Shown here in pieces: positions 37,978-47,152 of a stretch of 64,000 nucleotides of DNA. The stretch is from positions 31,433 through 95,432 of the forward strand of contig JBJKPR010000002.1 in NCBI GenBank assembly GCA_046706185.1. The letters are read 5' to 3'. The notes beneath the pieces were generated by a model. That model was given only the letters and a program-made list of their open reading frames with translations, was not told where the DNA came from and made no database searches. The stretch is from Candidatus Sysuiplasmataceae archaeon. GTDB taxonomy: Archaea > Thermoplasmatota > Thermoplasmata > Sysuiplasmatales > Sysuiplasmataceae. Position 1 is the first letter of the stretch. Every line of letters starts with the position of its first letter. A program made the translations under genes and the position numbers.

Positions 37978-39153
37978 ATGCCAAATTCTCTTGTAAAGGA
38001 TGCGCTAGGCCCTGATTTCAGGGTGCCCGCGGAGCAGGTTTCGTACATGCCCCCTGCATCGCAGGCGGGACAGATGAGCAAGGATGACGAGGAGCTCGCA
38101 AGGATTGCGTCGGCACTCGATGTCTGTATAAAGATCATCGGATGCGGAGGCGGCGGGACGAACACAATAACAAGATGTCATGATTCTCAGATACAGGGCG
38201 CCCAGATGTGCGCCGTCAACACGGACGCAAAGCATCTGCTTTCCGTTCATTCACAGAGGAAGATACTGATTGGCAAAAGGCTGACGCAGGGACTGGGCGC
38301 AGGTGCAATACCGGAGGTTGGAGAGGAGGCGGCAAGGGAGGCCGACCCGGAGATAAGGTCATTCCTTCAGGGCTCGCAGATAGTATTCGTCACGGCAGGG
38401 ATGGGGGGTGGAACAGGAACTGGCTCTGCCCACTACGTTGCAAGGCTGGCGAAGGAGATGAAGGCGCTGACAATCGGCGTTGTCACGCTTCCCTTCAAGG
38501 CAGAGGGCGAACTCAGGATGGAGAATGCAATGGCCGGGCTCGAGAAGCTCAGGCGCATTTGCGATACAACGATAGTGATACCAAACGACAAGCTGCTCGA
38601 CCTCGTTCCAAAACTGCCAATAGAGGCTGCGTTCAAGGTGGCCGACGAAGTGCTGATGCAGACACTGAAAGGGCTCACTGAAATAGTCACAAAGCCAGGT
38701 CTTGTCAACCTTGATTACGCGGACATCATGACCGTCATGAACGAGGGAGGAGTGGCCTTCGTCGGTATAGGTGAGAGCGATTCGGATGACAGGCGCATAG
38801 AGGAGGCTGTCAGCGAAGCTCTGAACTCGCCGCTTCTTGGAGAAATCAACCTTGCGGATGCCGCGGGTTGCCTGATAAGGGTCACAGGCGGGCACGACCT
38901 GACAATATCGGAGGCGCAGAAGGCGGCCGAAATAGTCAGCTCGACAATAAGCAGGAATGCGCGCATAATATGGGGCTGCTCTGTGGATGACAGTTCAGAG
39001 GGGACCGTCAAAGTGCTCCTGATAGTCACGGGTGCAAGGTCGAAGTACATGCTCGCGAAGGAAGATTCGATACAGACCGTTCCCGAAGTCGGAAGAGCGG
39101 CCGCGACTGCTGTGACCCAGGACTTCGATGACGGTATAGACATCATAAGGTGA
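37978..39153 (+). CDS. ftsZ: cell division GTPase FtsZ
   Basis: GGGTGTG tubulin signature, IGCGGGG N-terminal, T7 loop NLDYAD. Confidence 0.9.
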   Translation: MPNSLVKDALGPDFRVPAEQVSYMPPASQAGQMSKDDEELARIASALDVCIKIIGCGGGGTNTITRCHDSQIQGAQMCAVNTDAKHLLSVHSQRKILIGKRLTQGLGAGAIPEVGEEAAREADPEIRSFLQGSQIVFVTAGMGGGTGTGSAHYVARLAKEMKALTIGVVTLPFKAEGELRMENAMAGLEKLRRICDTTIVIPNDKLLDLVPKLPIEAAFKVADEVLMQTLKGLTEIVTKPGLVNLDYADIMTVMNEGGVAFVGIGESDSDDRRIEEAVSEALNSPLLGEINLADAAGCLIRVTGGHDLTISEAQKAAEIVSSTISRNARIIWGCSVDDSSEGTVKVLLIVTGARSKYMLAKEDSIQTVPEVGRAAATAVTQDFDDGIDIIR

Positions 39154-39247
39154 GCACACAGCAGCAGAAGCTGAACAAACGCCTTACACAAACAATTTAA
39201 TCCGTTCTGTTTTCAGCAGAGTGTTGGCCCAGAAGCAATGCTTACTT

Positions 39248-40108
39248 TCACGACACGTCAATGTTGCCATTCTGTGTAGTGGCGTGGAGTGTTGCCGAAC
39301 CTGTTCCATGGATACCGTAGAATGACTTCTGTGTCGAGATGACTGAAGTAAAAGTGAGCCCCGTAACGCTGACCGTACCCGTGGATGTGGCCACAGCGAC
39401 TACGACGCTCACCGCAGGGTTCAGGCCTATTGCCACGTTGCCGTTGTTCGTCGAAATATCAGTTGTGCCGGACGTGACGCTGCTGCCGAGTACCTCGAAG
39501 TTGATGTTGCCGTTCTGAGTGGATGCGGTCATATTCATAATTCCGCCGGTAGCGATGTTTATGTTGCCGTTGTCGCTGAGAAGATGGATGCTGCCGCTTT
39601 TGCCTGCAGTAAACATGATGTTGCCGTTCGTAGTCTGAAAGTAAAGCCTGTCAGAGTCGCCCGGGGCGGAGACTGCCATGTTGCCGTTGGATAAGGTTGC
39701 GCTCACAGACCCTGCTCTGGGTATGAGAGGCAGGTAGAGGACGGCAGTAGAACGAATGACTCCTGTGCGTGGAATCGTCGCCGTAAGGTTGACCGAGTTA
39801 TGTGCATACTGTGACGTCAGGTTCATCGGTGGGCCGGCCCCTATCGGAAAGTACACCACGCTGACAGTCAGATAAACAGTGCCGTTAGGGCTGTTGACCA
39901 CGTTCAGGTTAGTGTTGTCAGCCACAAACTCAACCGCATATCCGTCTGTGACATGATAGGCTGCGCTGTTTCTAGAAACCGTCGCACCGGCGAAAGGCAG
40001 GCCGACTGCATATAAAAGGATAAGAAAAGAGGACGCGATCACGATGGCCGCTATCACCACGGCTATGACAACGATGATGATCGGGGGGAGCCTCTTCCTT
40101 TCGCTCAT
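39248..40108 (-). CDS. membrane-anchored beta-helix repeat protein (DUF4097 / putative adhesin-like), N-glycosylation sequons
   Basis: N-terminal TM helix. At least five tandem NGNI-containing repeats of about 18-20 aa (TTNGNIMF, SDNGNINI, STQNGNINF, STNNGNVAI, TTQNGNIDV). Confidence 0.5.
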   Translation of the reverse strand: MSERKRLPPIIIVVIAVVIAAIVIASSFLILLYAVGLPFAGATVSRNSAAYHVTDGYAVEFVADNTNLNVVNSPNGTVYLTVSVVYFPIGAGPPMNLTSQYAHNSVNLTATIPRTGVIRSTAVLYLPLIPRAGSVSATLSNGNMAVSAPGDSDRLYFQTTNGNIMFTAGKSGSIHLLSDNGNINIATGGIMNMTASTQNGNINFEVLGSSVTSGTTDISTNNGNVAIGLNPAVSVVVAVATSTGTVSVTGLTFTSVISTQKSFYGIHGTGSATLHATTQNGNIDVS

Positions 40109-40173
40109 TCCATCGTGCCGTCCTCAATGCCCTGGTTTTCGCACAGCGGTTGCAAAAATCAGACCAGCCGTGC

Positions 40174-40482
40174 CTACCCTCTGGACACCTCTTTCACTAT
40201 TCCCTCCGGGCTGAGAAGTATCTTGAAGTCCTTCAGCGTGTAATATCGAAGTGCCCTTGCGCTATCCCGTCCGGCAAGCCTGATCTTGCTCGAAACAAAG
40301 CCCGAATCCTCGAGTTTCTTCATGTGTATCTTGCACAGTCCCCTAGAAAGCCGCGTCTTCTTGGCAATCTCGGAGAGATACATCTCCCTCCCCTGGTTCT
40401 GTTTCAGAACAGAGATTATTCTAAGCCGATGGATGTGAGCCAGCCCGTCAATTCTCTTTGCGAAATCTCTTGCTTTGGCCAT
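40174..40482 (-). CDS. ArsR/PadR-like winged-helix transcriptional regulator
   Basis: HTH pattern (LAHIHRLRIISVLKQNQGREMYLSEIAKKTRLSRGLCKIHMKKLEDSGFV). Confidence 0.6.
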   Translation of the reverse strand: MAKARDFAKRIDGLAHIHRLRIISVLKQNQGREMYLSEIAKKTRLSRGLCKIHMKKLEDSGFVSSKIRLAGRDSARALRYYTLKDFKILLSPEGIVKEVSRG

Positions 40483-41281
40483 GTTGCGTCATAAAATCAA
40501 TACGTATTATTTAGGTATATAGGAGTCGTATTTACTATACTTATTGTCAGATGGCCGGAATTTGCACGTAAAGTGGACTTCCGGCCGGTGGAGGAGCGTA
40601 GCGAAGCCTGACAGGCAGCACGCGGACGTGACACGGACAGTGCTCTTTTCGAGAAGAGGAGTGTGATTGCACGAGCCTGGCAGCAGGCTGTACGGTAATG
40701 ACCCATGAAACTGTGAAGGCAATGTGCTGCCCTGTTACGGTCGGAGAGCCACTATGGTGCCGGAGATATTCCCTCTCCCGGTTCTGCCATATCATGGTTT
40801 CTGATCGGGCCAAGGGAAAGCCGATCATGCCTGTGTTCCATCTCGACCAGCCCTGCAGGCGGGAGGAAGGTACGAAGCTTTATGATGCCCATCTCTAGCC
40901 AGGGCAGAAAAAAATCACGACAAGAACAGGTGGATAACGAGCTGCGGCTGCCCCAGAGTCCTGACATAAGGCACGGTGCGGCAGATGCGGCGGCGTTTTC
41001 TGATATCTGGAGGGGAATCGCACGAGCCGCGCCTTCAGGACGTTGAAGTAACCGCGGAGACAGGACTGATGCGTGGCAGGCGAAGGGAAATGGCAGACGC
41101 GTGATCAAGCAGGCTCATTGAGTCCACTCGTGAATGGCCTGCAGGGCCTGCGCCAGGGACATCGGTGAAGTTCAATGTGCTCCCGGCGACAAGAAAGCAC
41201 CGAAACTCGCCTCCTGGAAGCGGATAAATGATATGCAACGCTGCACAGGTGCAGGGAGCAGGCCCCAGTTGGAGTGAAGGT

Positions 41282-41788
41282 CTACTTCGTCTGCTCTATC
41301 TGCACATAGCACGGCGACGGCAGCTTGACAGATGCCCTGTGAAGTGCATCCTTGGCTGCATCCACGTGCTGCGGGTTCACCATGACTGTAAGAACTACCT
41401 GATCCCTCTTGACCCTGGCAGCGGTGCCAATAGCCTTTCCGAACGCAGCACGCATGCCGTCCGACACACGGTCAGCACCCGCACCTGTTGCGAGCTTGTT
41501 CTCCCTCAGCACATTGTGGGGGTAAACCCTCACCTTCATGCGGAAACCCGAAGCACCTGCCTTCTTGGACAGTGACCTGTTTGCCGAAATCCTTGCCGCC
41601 TCAAGCGCGGTGTGCCTTATCTGGCACTCCTCCTTGACGTGGAGTTTCAGCGTGACTGGGAAAGTGGACCTGAGGTCGCCCTGATCGAACTGGCCTATCC
41701 TGGGAGCTGGCACACCGCCCATGTACTCCTTCCTGGCATAGGCCTGCCCTCTGATCCTCGTATACATCCTTGCTGGTTTTCTGGCCAT
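41282..41788 (-). CDS. rpl10e: 50S ribosomal protein L10e (uL16)
   Basis: [10 protein letters not shown]-terminus and conserved L10e core. Confidence 0.85.
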   Translation of the reverse strand: MARKPARMYTRIRGQAYARKEYMGGVPAPRIGQFDQGDLRSTFPVTLKLHVKEECQIRHTALEAARISANRSLSKKAGASGFRMKVRVYPHNVLRENKLATGAGADRVSDGMRAAFGKAIGTAARVKRDQVVLTVMVNPQHVDAAKDALHRASVKLPSPCYVQIEQTK

Positions 41789-42035
41789 ATGAACACCGAA
41801 TCGAAGTATTTTCGACTAACATGGTTGATTATTTAACTGTTTTGCGATGTTTCTATAGCCTGAAGTCCCTGACAAGGGGCACAAACTGGGAGCGTGGATG
41901 GCTTCGCCACATCAGTTACATTATTAAGTTTGTGCGTTCCTGTAGAAACACAGCTTCGGCGAACCAGTGACTGCAGCCCTGCTGATCGGAAGGTGGCGGG
42001 GCGCGGGTGAAGGTTCGACTGCAGGTGATCGGAAT

Positions 42036-43055
42036 ATGACCGCGAGAATCGCAGTTAACGGATTTGGAACAATTGGCAAGAGGGTCGCTCGGGCGGTGAT
42101 GCTCCAGGATGATATGGAACTCATGGGTGTTACCAAAACGAAGCCCACATACGAGGCAAGGATCGCCAACAGGGAGGGTATGCCCCTCTACACGATAGAT
42201 GAGAAGCAACTGGGAGCATTCAAGGAACAGGGCCTGAAGGTGGAAGGAGTCCTGAATGAGCTCCTGACGAAGGTGGATCTGGTGGTTGACTGCACACCGA
42301 ACGGCGTGGGTGAACAGAACAAGAAACTCTACGAGGAGGCGGGCGTACGTGCCATCTTCCAGGGAGGGGAGGGACATGAGCTTACAGGGCTGTCGTTCAA
42401 CGCCTTTTCGACATACGATGAGGCTCAGGGAAAGAAGTGGGCAAGGGTAGTTAGCTGCAATACAACTGGCCTTATCAGGACTCTGTATCCGCTCGACAGA
42501 ATGTTCAAGATAGAGAACACGTTTGCCGCAATAATCAGGAGGGGTGCAGACCCAGCTGAATCGAAGGGCAGCGCTCTCAACGCTGTCGAACCCTCCCTTC
42601 ACGTACCGACCCACCATGGCGTGGATGTGAAGACCGTACTGCCGTGGCTGAACATAAGCACCATGGCCGTCAAGGTGCCGACAACGAACATGCATGTCCA
42701 CTGCATACATGTAAAGCTCAGGAAGAAGGGGGTCAAAACCTCAGACGTTCTGTCGCTGTGGGACCAGATGCCCAGAATCAGATTTGTGAGCGGAAAGCAC
42801 GGCATCAAGACAAGCGGACAGATAATGGAGATAGCGAGGGATCTTGGAAGACATAGCGGTGACTTTGCTGAAACGGTGATATGGGAAGATGGAACACATG
42901 TTTCAGACGACTCGCTCTACTACTACCAGGCGGTGCACCAGGAAAGTGATGTCATACCCGAGAACATAGACTGCATAAGGTCGATGATGCAGCTCGAGAA
43001 GGATGCCACCCGCAGCATAAGGAAAACAGACAAATCTCTTGGCATTGCAAAGTGA
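42036..43055 (+). CDS. gap: glyceraldehyde-3-phosphate dehydrogenase, archaeal type II
   Basis: VNGFGTIGKRV Rossmann motif and catalytic SCNTTGL. Start at the ATG giving MTARIAVNG. Confidence 0.9.
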   Translation: MTARIAVNGFGTIGKRVARAVMLQDDMELMGVTKTKPTYEARIANREGMPLYTIDEKQLGAFKEQGLKVEGVLNELLTKVDLVVDCTPNGVGEQNKKLYEEAGVRAIFQGGEGHELTGLSFNAFSTYDEAQGKKWARVVSCNTTGLIRTLYPLDRMFKIENTFAAIIRRGADPAESKGSALNAVEPSLHVPTHHGVDVKTVLPWLNISTMAVKVPTTNMHVHCIHVKLRKKGVKTSDVLSLWDQMPRIRFVSGKHGIKTSGQIMEIARDLGRHSGDFAETVIWEDGTHVSDDSLYYYQAVHQESDVIPENIDCIRSMMQLEKDATRSIRKTDKSLGIAK

Positions 43056-43059
43056 TGAC

Positions 43060-44298
43060 ATGTTGCTTGAAGGAATAAGGACAATAGATTCCTTCGACCC
43101 CGGGAGCAAGAAGGTACTGCTCAGGGTAGACCTTAATTCTCCAGTAGACAGGGACACGCTTGCGATAGAAAACGCATCAAAGGTGGAGGCGGCAACCATC
43201 ACGCTGAAGGAACTCCTTTCGAAGGGAGCCTCGGTCGTCATGCTTGCACACCAGGGAAGACCGGGGGATTATGATTTCATCTCGCTGGAGAAACACTGTG
43301 AAATCATGAGGAAGACGGTTCCCGGGCTGAGGTTTGTCGACGACGTCTGCGGTGCGAGGGCGATAGAGGCAGTAAAGGGCATGAAGCAGGGCGATTCGGT
43401 TCTTCTTGAGAACGTCAGGCGACTTGATTACGAGCAGAAGAAGGCGACGGCAGAAGAACATTCGAAGACAGAGCTGGTGAAGAACCTCTCACCCCTGTTC
43501 GACTATTTTGTGAACGATGCATTTGCGGCCGTGCACAGGCCACACTGTTCGATGGTGGGCTTCACCGTCACCCTCCCATCAACCGTCGGCAGGCTGATGG
43601 AGAATGAGCTGAAGCATCTGTCGCCGCTAATCGACGAACCGAAGAGACCGGCTGTATACGTTTTCGGCGGCAAGAAGTTTGGCGACTTCCTTCCCACCCT
43701 GAAGTCAGTGGTCGACAACGGCCACGTCGACAGGGTGCTGCTCACAGGCTATCTTGCGATTGCGTTTCTCGTGTCCAGCGGCATTCGCGTAGACGACGCA
43801 ACCCGTGCTGCAATCAGCAGTGAGGCGGACGAAGCGTTCTTCGACCAGGCAAGAGAACTGATTGGCAGGGGTCCGAAGATAGTCCTACCGTCTGACATGG
43901 GATTTGAGGCAGATGGTGTAAGGTCTGATCGTAAAGTGGGGGAGTGGCCCGCGGTAGGGAAGGCGCTTGACATAGGGCAGAATACAATGAATGAATATTC
44001 CAGCATCCTGTCAGGAGCTGGTACTGTGTTTATCTCGGGACCAGCCGGAGTCTACGAGAAGAAAGGGTTCGAGCAGGGCACCAGGAGTGTATTCGAGGCA
44101 GCAACCAGATCAGGCATATACAGCGTAATAGGCGGCGGGCATACTTCAGCAGCCGCGCAGAAACTCGGTTTTGACCGCAAGGTTTCGTACGTGAGCACAG
44201 GAGGAGGTGCGCTCGAGGCACTGATATCAGGCAAGAAGCTTGCGGTGCTGGAGTACCTCAGGGAAAGCGCCACGAAATTCTCTGGCAGGTTCATCTGA
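43060..44298 (+). CDS. pgk: phosphoglycerate kinase
   Basis: RVDLNSP N-terminal motif and GGGHT...STGGGA C-terminal motifs. Immediately follows gap. Confidence 0.9.
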   Translation: MLLEGIRTIDSFDPGSKKVLLRVDLNSPVDRDTLAIENASKVEAATITLKELLSKGASVVMLAHQGRPGDYDFISLEKHCEIMRKTVPGLRFVDDVCGARAIEAVKGMKQGDSVLLENVRRLDYEQKKATAEEHSKTELVKNLSPLFDYFVNDAFAAVHRPHCSMVGFTVTLPSTVGRLMENELKHLSPLIDEPKRPAVYVFGGKKFGDFLPTLKSVVDNGHVDRVLLTGYLAIAFLVSSGIRVDDATRAAISSEADEAFFDQARELIGRGPKIVLPSDMGFEADGVRSDRKVGEWPAVGKALDIGQNTMNEYSSILSGAGTVFISGPAGVYEKKGFEQGTRSVFEAATRSGIYSVIGGGHTSAAAQKLGFDRKVSYVSTGGGALEALISGKKLAVLEYLRESATKFSGRFI

Positions 44299-44301
44299 GG
44301 A

Positions 44302-45054
44302 TCAGTCCTGCCTTTCCTCCTTCTCCTGAACGACTACGGTCCAGGTGTTTTCTATGCGTCTGATCATGCCGAGCATTTCAAGCCTGACGAGGGTCCGGTC
44401 CAGCCTTCCCTCAGTCATCATAATGCCGTGGTTTTTCCGCAGATAAGAGCCAATATCCCATGCTGAAAGGGGCTTTTCAAGGAGTATCTCCCTGACGAAC
44501 GTCCCCATATCCTCGTAGTAGTTCCACGGAAACACAAACCACGTCCACTTCTCCTTGTCGACCTCCTTTGCATAGAAATCAGGTACAAAATCAGAGTGTG
44601 TTATGTGCAGCATTGTTGCCGTTTTCACAGAGCCGGGCAAGAGAGACTTCGCGTGATCGAATGCGAGCTTCAGGCTTTCACCCGTGTCTGTTATGTCATC
44701 GACCACGAGGACGTTCTTGCCGCCGATCTCCTCCTGTATGCCTCCGACGAGCCTCGCCTTTCCGTCCTTCGACGCAGTGACGCCCCAGTGCTGTGTCTTC
44801 AGCGAGACAAGGTTCCTGGAAAGAAGCTCATCGCAAACAAGTCTGGCGGGGATCCATCCGCCTCTGGCCATGCCAATGACAACATCGGGCCTGTAGCCGC
44901 TGTCAACAATCATCCTTCCAAGTTCACCGCACCATTCAGCGATTTCGTCCCAGGTCACTAGTTTTGCCGGTATTGACCTCATGCTTACAGCTCCAGAGCC
45001 GTGAAATACAAGAGTGAAACACTCACTTAAAACATCTTCTGAAGCAATGTTCAC
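44302..45054 (-). CDS. type I phosphoribosyltransferase domain protein (purine PRTase-like) fused to a C-terminal winged-helix domain
   Basis: PRPP-binding motif VLVVDDITDTGESL. C-terminal about 80 aa resembles a winged helix (SAWDIGSYLRKNHGIMMTEGRLDRTLVRLEMLGMIRRI). Confidence 0.65.
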   Translation of the reverse strand: MNIASEDVLSECFTLVFHGSGAVSMRSIPAKLVTWDEIAEWCGELGRMIVDSGYRPDVVIGMARGGWIPARLVCDELLSRNLVSLKTQHWGVTASKDGKARLVGGIQEEIGGKNVLVVDDITDTGESLKLAFDHAKSLLPGSVKTATMLHITHSDFVPDFYAKEVDKEKWTWFVFPWNYYEDMGTFVREILLEKPLSAWDIGSYLRKNHGIMMTEGRLDRTLVRLEMLGMIRRIENTWTVVVQEKEERQD

Positions 45055-45211
45055 TGCAACTGTCCGGCAGAGGGGGCATGCACCGACATGGAGAGGTCAA
45101 ATGAAAAACGGCCTGGCGCCTGCCGGCAACACTCGGTCCAGCGGATCGCGACACTATTAAATATGGTCCCGGGGCTATTGCCCCAGGAAGGCTTTCAGAG
45201 AGGATAGCCAA

Positions 45212-45460
45212 ATGGATTCGACAAGGAAGTTCATAACCGAGCTGAAAGGGAAGACGGTGATGACAGAGGATGGGCAGATACTCGGTCTGATAGACAATTT
45301 CATAATCGAGACTGCGACAGGGGAGATAGAAAATGTTCTGGTCATTCCTGCGGAGGAAATAGAACCGAGGCTCTTCAGGACGGATGATCAGGGAAGGCTT
45401 GTCCTGCCATTCAGTGAAATGAGAGCTGTAAAGGACGTCGTCGTAATGAACATGAAGTGA
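45212..45460 (+). CDS. PRC-barrel domain protein
   Basis: 82 aa. GKTVMTEDGQILGLIDNFIIETATGEIENVLV matches the PRC-barrel pattern. Confidence 0.55.
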   Translation: MDSTRKFITELKGKTVMTEDGQILGLIDNFIIETATGEIENVLVIPAEEIEPRLFRTDDQGRLVLPFSEMRAVKDVVVMNMK

Positions 45461-45464
45461 TGCT

Positions 45465-46097
45465 TCACACAGTTGTCGCGGCGCCGTTCGTTCCGAAGAC
45501 TGCGACCACGGTCCTTTCACCCTTGAAGCCTGATATTCTTTTGAAATCTGCAGCCTGAAACAGTCTGTTGGCCGACTTGTCCAGAGGATTGTTTATTGTG
45601 AAGGAGCCATCCGAAACGCCGGTGACCACGACCCAGTGCGGCGCCTCGTCGTCTTCAAGCTCCTTTGCATCGGTCAGCATGATAGGCACTCCACCCCTTT
45701 CGATTATTGACTCCACATTCGCCAGTGTTATGTCCTGCACGCGCTGCTCTCGGAGACCAAGCGCGATCGCCCTTTCCTTTCTTTCGTAATATATGTTCCT
45801 GAAGTGCTCCATCTGCCTCTCGTTCAACCTGGACTCAATCCTGTGAACGAAGTCGATGTCCTCACAGTTGGTCAGCACCTCCACATTGAACCCCCTCCTG
45901 AGAAAAGGAAAAGAGACGCCGTATCTGCCCATGCCCAGCACTATTACCGATGTTCCCTCCCTCCAGACATCGATCTCAGCTTTCCTGTCGAGGGGAAAGC
46001 TCCTGTCGAAGTGGGAGAGTGTCATTACGATGCAGGCAGCGCCGCATGTGAAATCCAGCGTCTGACTGTAGAATGGGACTTCCAGAGATGCCATCAC
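45465..46097 (-). CDS. papain-like cysteine peptidase, C39-like (Peptidase_C39_2 / BtrH-N-like) domain protein
   Basis: VPFYSQTLDFTCGAACIVM catalytic-Cys motif and a downstream conserved His (APHWVVVTG). No signal peptide. Confidence 0.5.
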   Translation of the reverse strand: MMASLEVPFYSQTLDFTCGAACIVMTLSHFDRSFPLDRKAEIDVWREGTSVIVLGMGRYGVSFPFLRRGFNVEVLTNCEDIDFVHRIESRLNERQMEHFRNIYYERKERAIALGLREQRVQDITLANVESIIERGGVPIMLTDAKELEDDEAPHWVVVTGVSDGSFTINNPLDKSANRLFQAADFKRISGFKGERTVVAVFGTNGAATTV

Positions 46098-46144
46098 AGA
46101 ATGCTAATCTGCAACTCACTGATAAGCATTGGGAATGGAGCGTG

Positions 46145-47152
46145 TCAGGTAATCGCTTTTCCGGAGAGATCCTCAGCAAAGTGACAGGCGACAGTATGCC
46201 CGTCGCCCACGCTTCGCAGCACCGGTTCCTCTTTCCTGCACAATTCCTGGACAAACGGGCACCTGCCTGCAAACCTGCAGCCTGGCGGGGGCGAGACAAG
46301 CGTCGGAATTTCGCCCTCTATCCTGAACCTGAACTTCCGCCTGGAGGGATCAGGAACAGGGACTGAAACAAGAAGCGCCTTCGTGTATGGATGCATGGGC
46401 TTCTCCATCACGTCCTTTACGCTTCCCACCTCCATTACCTTGCCAAGGTACATAATCGCAACGTTGTCAGAAATGTATCTCACGGCACCTATGTTGTGAG
46501 ATATGAAGAGGTATGTCAGGTTCCTCTCCTTCTGCAGCTCTATCAGTCTGTTCAATATCTGTGCCTGTACCGCCACATCAAGTGCACTGGTCGGTTCGTC
46601 AAGGACAAGCATCTCAGGGTCGAGTATCAGCGACCTTGCGAGTGATATCCTCTGCCTTCCTCCCCCGCTGAACTCGTGCGGGAAGAGATCCACGCTTCTT
46701 TCGGGAAGGCCCACATCCAGCAGCACCTGCTCCACCTTCGAGATTATCTGGCTTCTTTCCCTGACCCCGGCTGCCATAAGGGGCTCGCCGACGATCCTCC
46801 ACACCTTCAGCCTTGGATTGAGGGACGTGATTGGGTCCTGGAAAACAATCTGCACGTGGTGCCTCCATCTTCTGAGCTCCTCGCCCCCTAGCATTGTCAC
46901 ATCCATGCCGTCGTACGTCAGCGATCCCGATGTCGGAGCAAGCAGTTTGGCAGCAACCCAACCGAATGTAGTCTTCCCGGAACCGCTCTCGCCGATCAGC
47001 CCCATTACCCTGCCCTTCCTGATATCCAGGGACACATCGTCAACTGCATGGACCTTCTTGACAGCGCTTCTCCTGAATGTTTCAGACACTTTTCTCTGCA
47101 ATACGAAGTGCTTCACAACGTGGCTAGAAGAGAAAAGGATGCCGTCATCCAT
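46145..47152 (-). CDS. ABC transporter ATP-binding protein, Opp/Dpp F-type (with C-terminal OppD/F extension)
   Basis: Walker A GESGSGKT, signature FSGGGRQR, Walker B LVLDEPTSALD, oligopeptide-family C-terminal domain. Confidence 0.85.
   Translation of the reverse strand: MDDGILFSSSHVVKHFVLQRKVSETFRRSAVKKVHAVDDVSLDIRKGRVMGLIGESGSGKTTFGWVAAKLLAPTSGSLTYDGMDVTMLGGEELRRWRHHVQIVFQDPITSLNPRLKVWRIVGEPLMAAGVRERSQIISKVEQVLLDVGLPERSVDLFPHEFSGGGRQRISLARSLILDPEMLVLDEPTSALDVAVQAQILNRLIELQKERNLTYLFISHNIGAVRYISDNVAIMYLGKVMEVGSVKDVMEKPMHPYTKALLVSVPVPDPSRRKFRFRIEGEIPTLVSPPPGCRFAGRCPFVQELCRKEEPVLRSVGDGHTVACHFAEDLSGKAIT

Noticed and set aside
40547-41238. Three staggered minus-strand ORFs as a frameshifted pseudogene
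   Set aside because: The translations are low-complexity (Pro/Ser/Ala/Arg-rich) with no recognisable motifs in any frame. The region is more consistent with noncoding DNA, though a degraded gene cannot be excluded without a database search.
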